A stretch of DNA of 64,000 bases from the human T2T-CHM13v2.0 reference genome, Homo sapiens. Where the stretch lies: NCBI RefSeq assembly GCF_009914755.1, contig NC_060936.1. One strand, given 5' to 3'. Of this stretch, positions 63,586 to 64,000 are shown one piece after another. The number at the start of each line of letters is the position of its first letter. Within the stretch, counting starts at the first letter, position 1. The notes beneath the pieces were generated by a model. It was given only the letters and a program-made list of their open reading frames with translations, was not told the origin of the DNA and made no database searches. Made by a program: the position numbers and the translations under genes.

Positions 63586-64000
63586 GCAGGCAGTAGCTAC
63601 CGTTGTCTGGGGCTTTGGGGATCTTGGTGGTGATGAGTCCCCTCTCCTCTGGTGCACTCTCCCCACCCGAGACGGGCGACAGAGGTTTTTTGTTGTTTCT
63701 TAACCACATCTTTTTCCACCCACACCCGGTGCAGAGCAGATGCTTGGCCGGGGCTTCCCCGAGCTGGTCCTGGCTTTGTGGCAGGGGGATGGGCCGTCGG
63801 TGCCCCATTCAAGCCTGGGGACCTGGCCCCACTGGTGTGTGCTACAGTAGACCCAGCCCTGGGGCCCCATGATACCCTCGGTGATCGTCACAGATGCGGG
63901 GCCTGGCTACAGTCCTCACTGGTGTTTTTTTTGTTTTTGAGAGGGCATCTTGAAGTAGCCCAAGCTGGAGTGCAGTAGCACGATCTCGGCTCACTGCAAC

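Noticed and set aside
63398-63808. 136-aa minus-strand ORF (…KIPKAPDNGSYCLPSKNDDSEEE…)
   Set aside because: It has a plausible donor but no convincing acceptor or family match; only noted within the alternative-exon finding.

Overview
Human (primate) genomic DNA, very Alu-dense and GC-rich. It contains the 5' half of SH2B3 (LNK, the JAK2/cytokine-signalling inhibitory adaptor; recalled locus 12q24.12) on the + strand. Visible gene parts are the CpG-island promoter and non-coding exon 1 (~34480-34835), the large first coding exon 2 (46677-47435, ATG at 46704), most of intron 2, and a probable alternative first coding exon with a GC donor near the window end (63460-63585). The upstream 33 kb is mostly nested retroelements: a THE1 provirus, old L1M pieces and dozens of Alus. 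It also holds a full-length HSPA8 processed pseudogene that landed inside an AluJ inside an L1MB and was later hit at seven sites by Alus. No prokaryotic-type system (CRISPR, operon, etc.) is present. The most interesting observations are four. (1) Exon 2 is 759 nt (3n), stop-free in the coding frame including its 5'UTR part, and flanked by inverted Alus, so it is a candidate endless-ORF circRNA. (2) A strong-Kozak spliced uORF ends in a TGA overlapping the main ATG, within a set of three uORFs. (3) A ~105-bp locally templated inverted insertion with an 18-bp duplication sits in the HSPA8 retrocopy. (4) A CpG-rich FAM monomer is followed directly by a T-run, a candidate discrete Pol III RNA. 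Repeat boundaries and subfamily names were assigned by eye and are approximate, and many Alu/MIR/L2 fragments are not listed individually.
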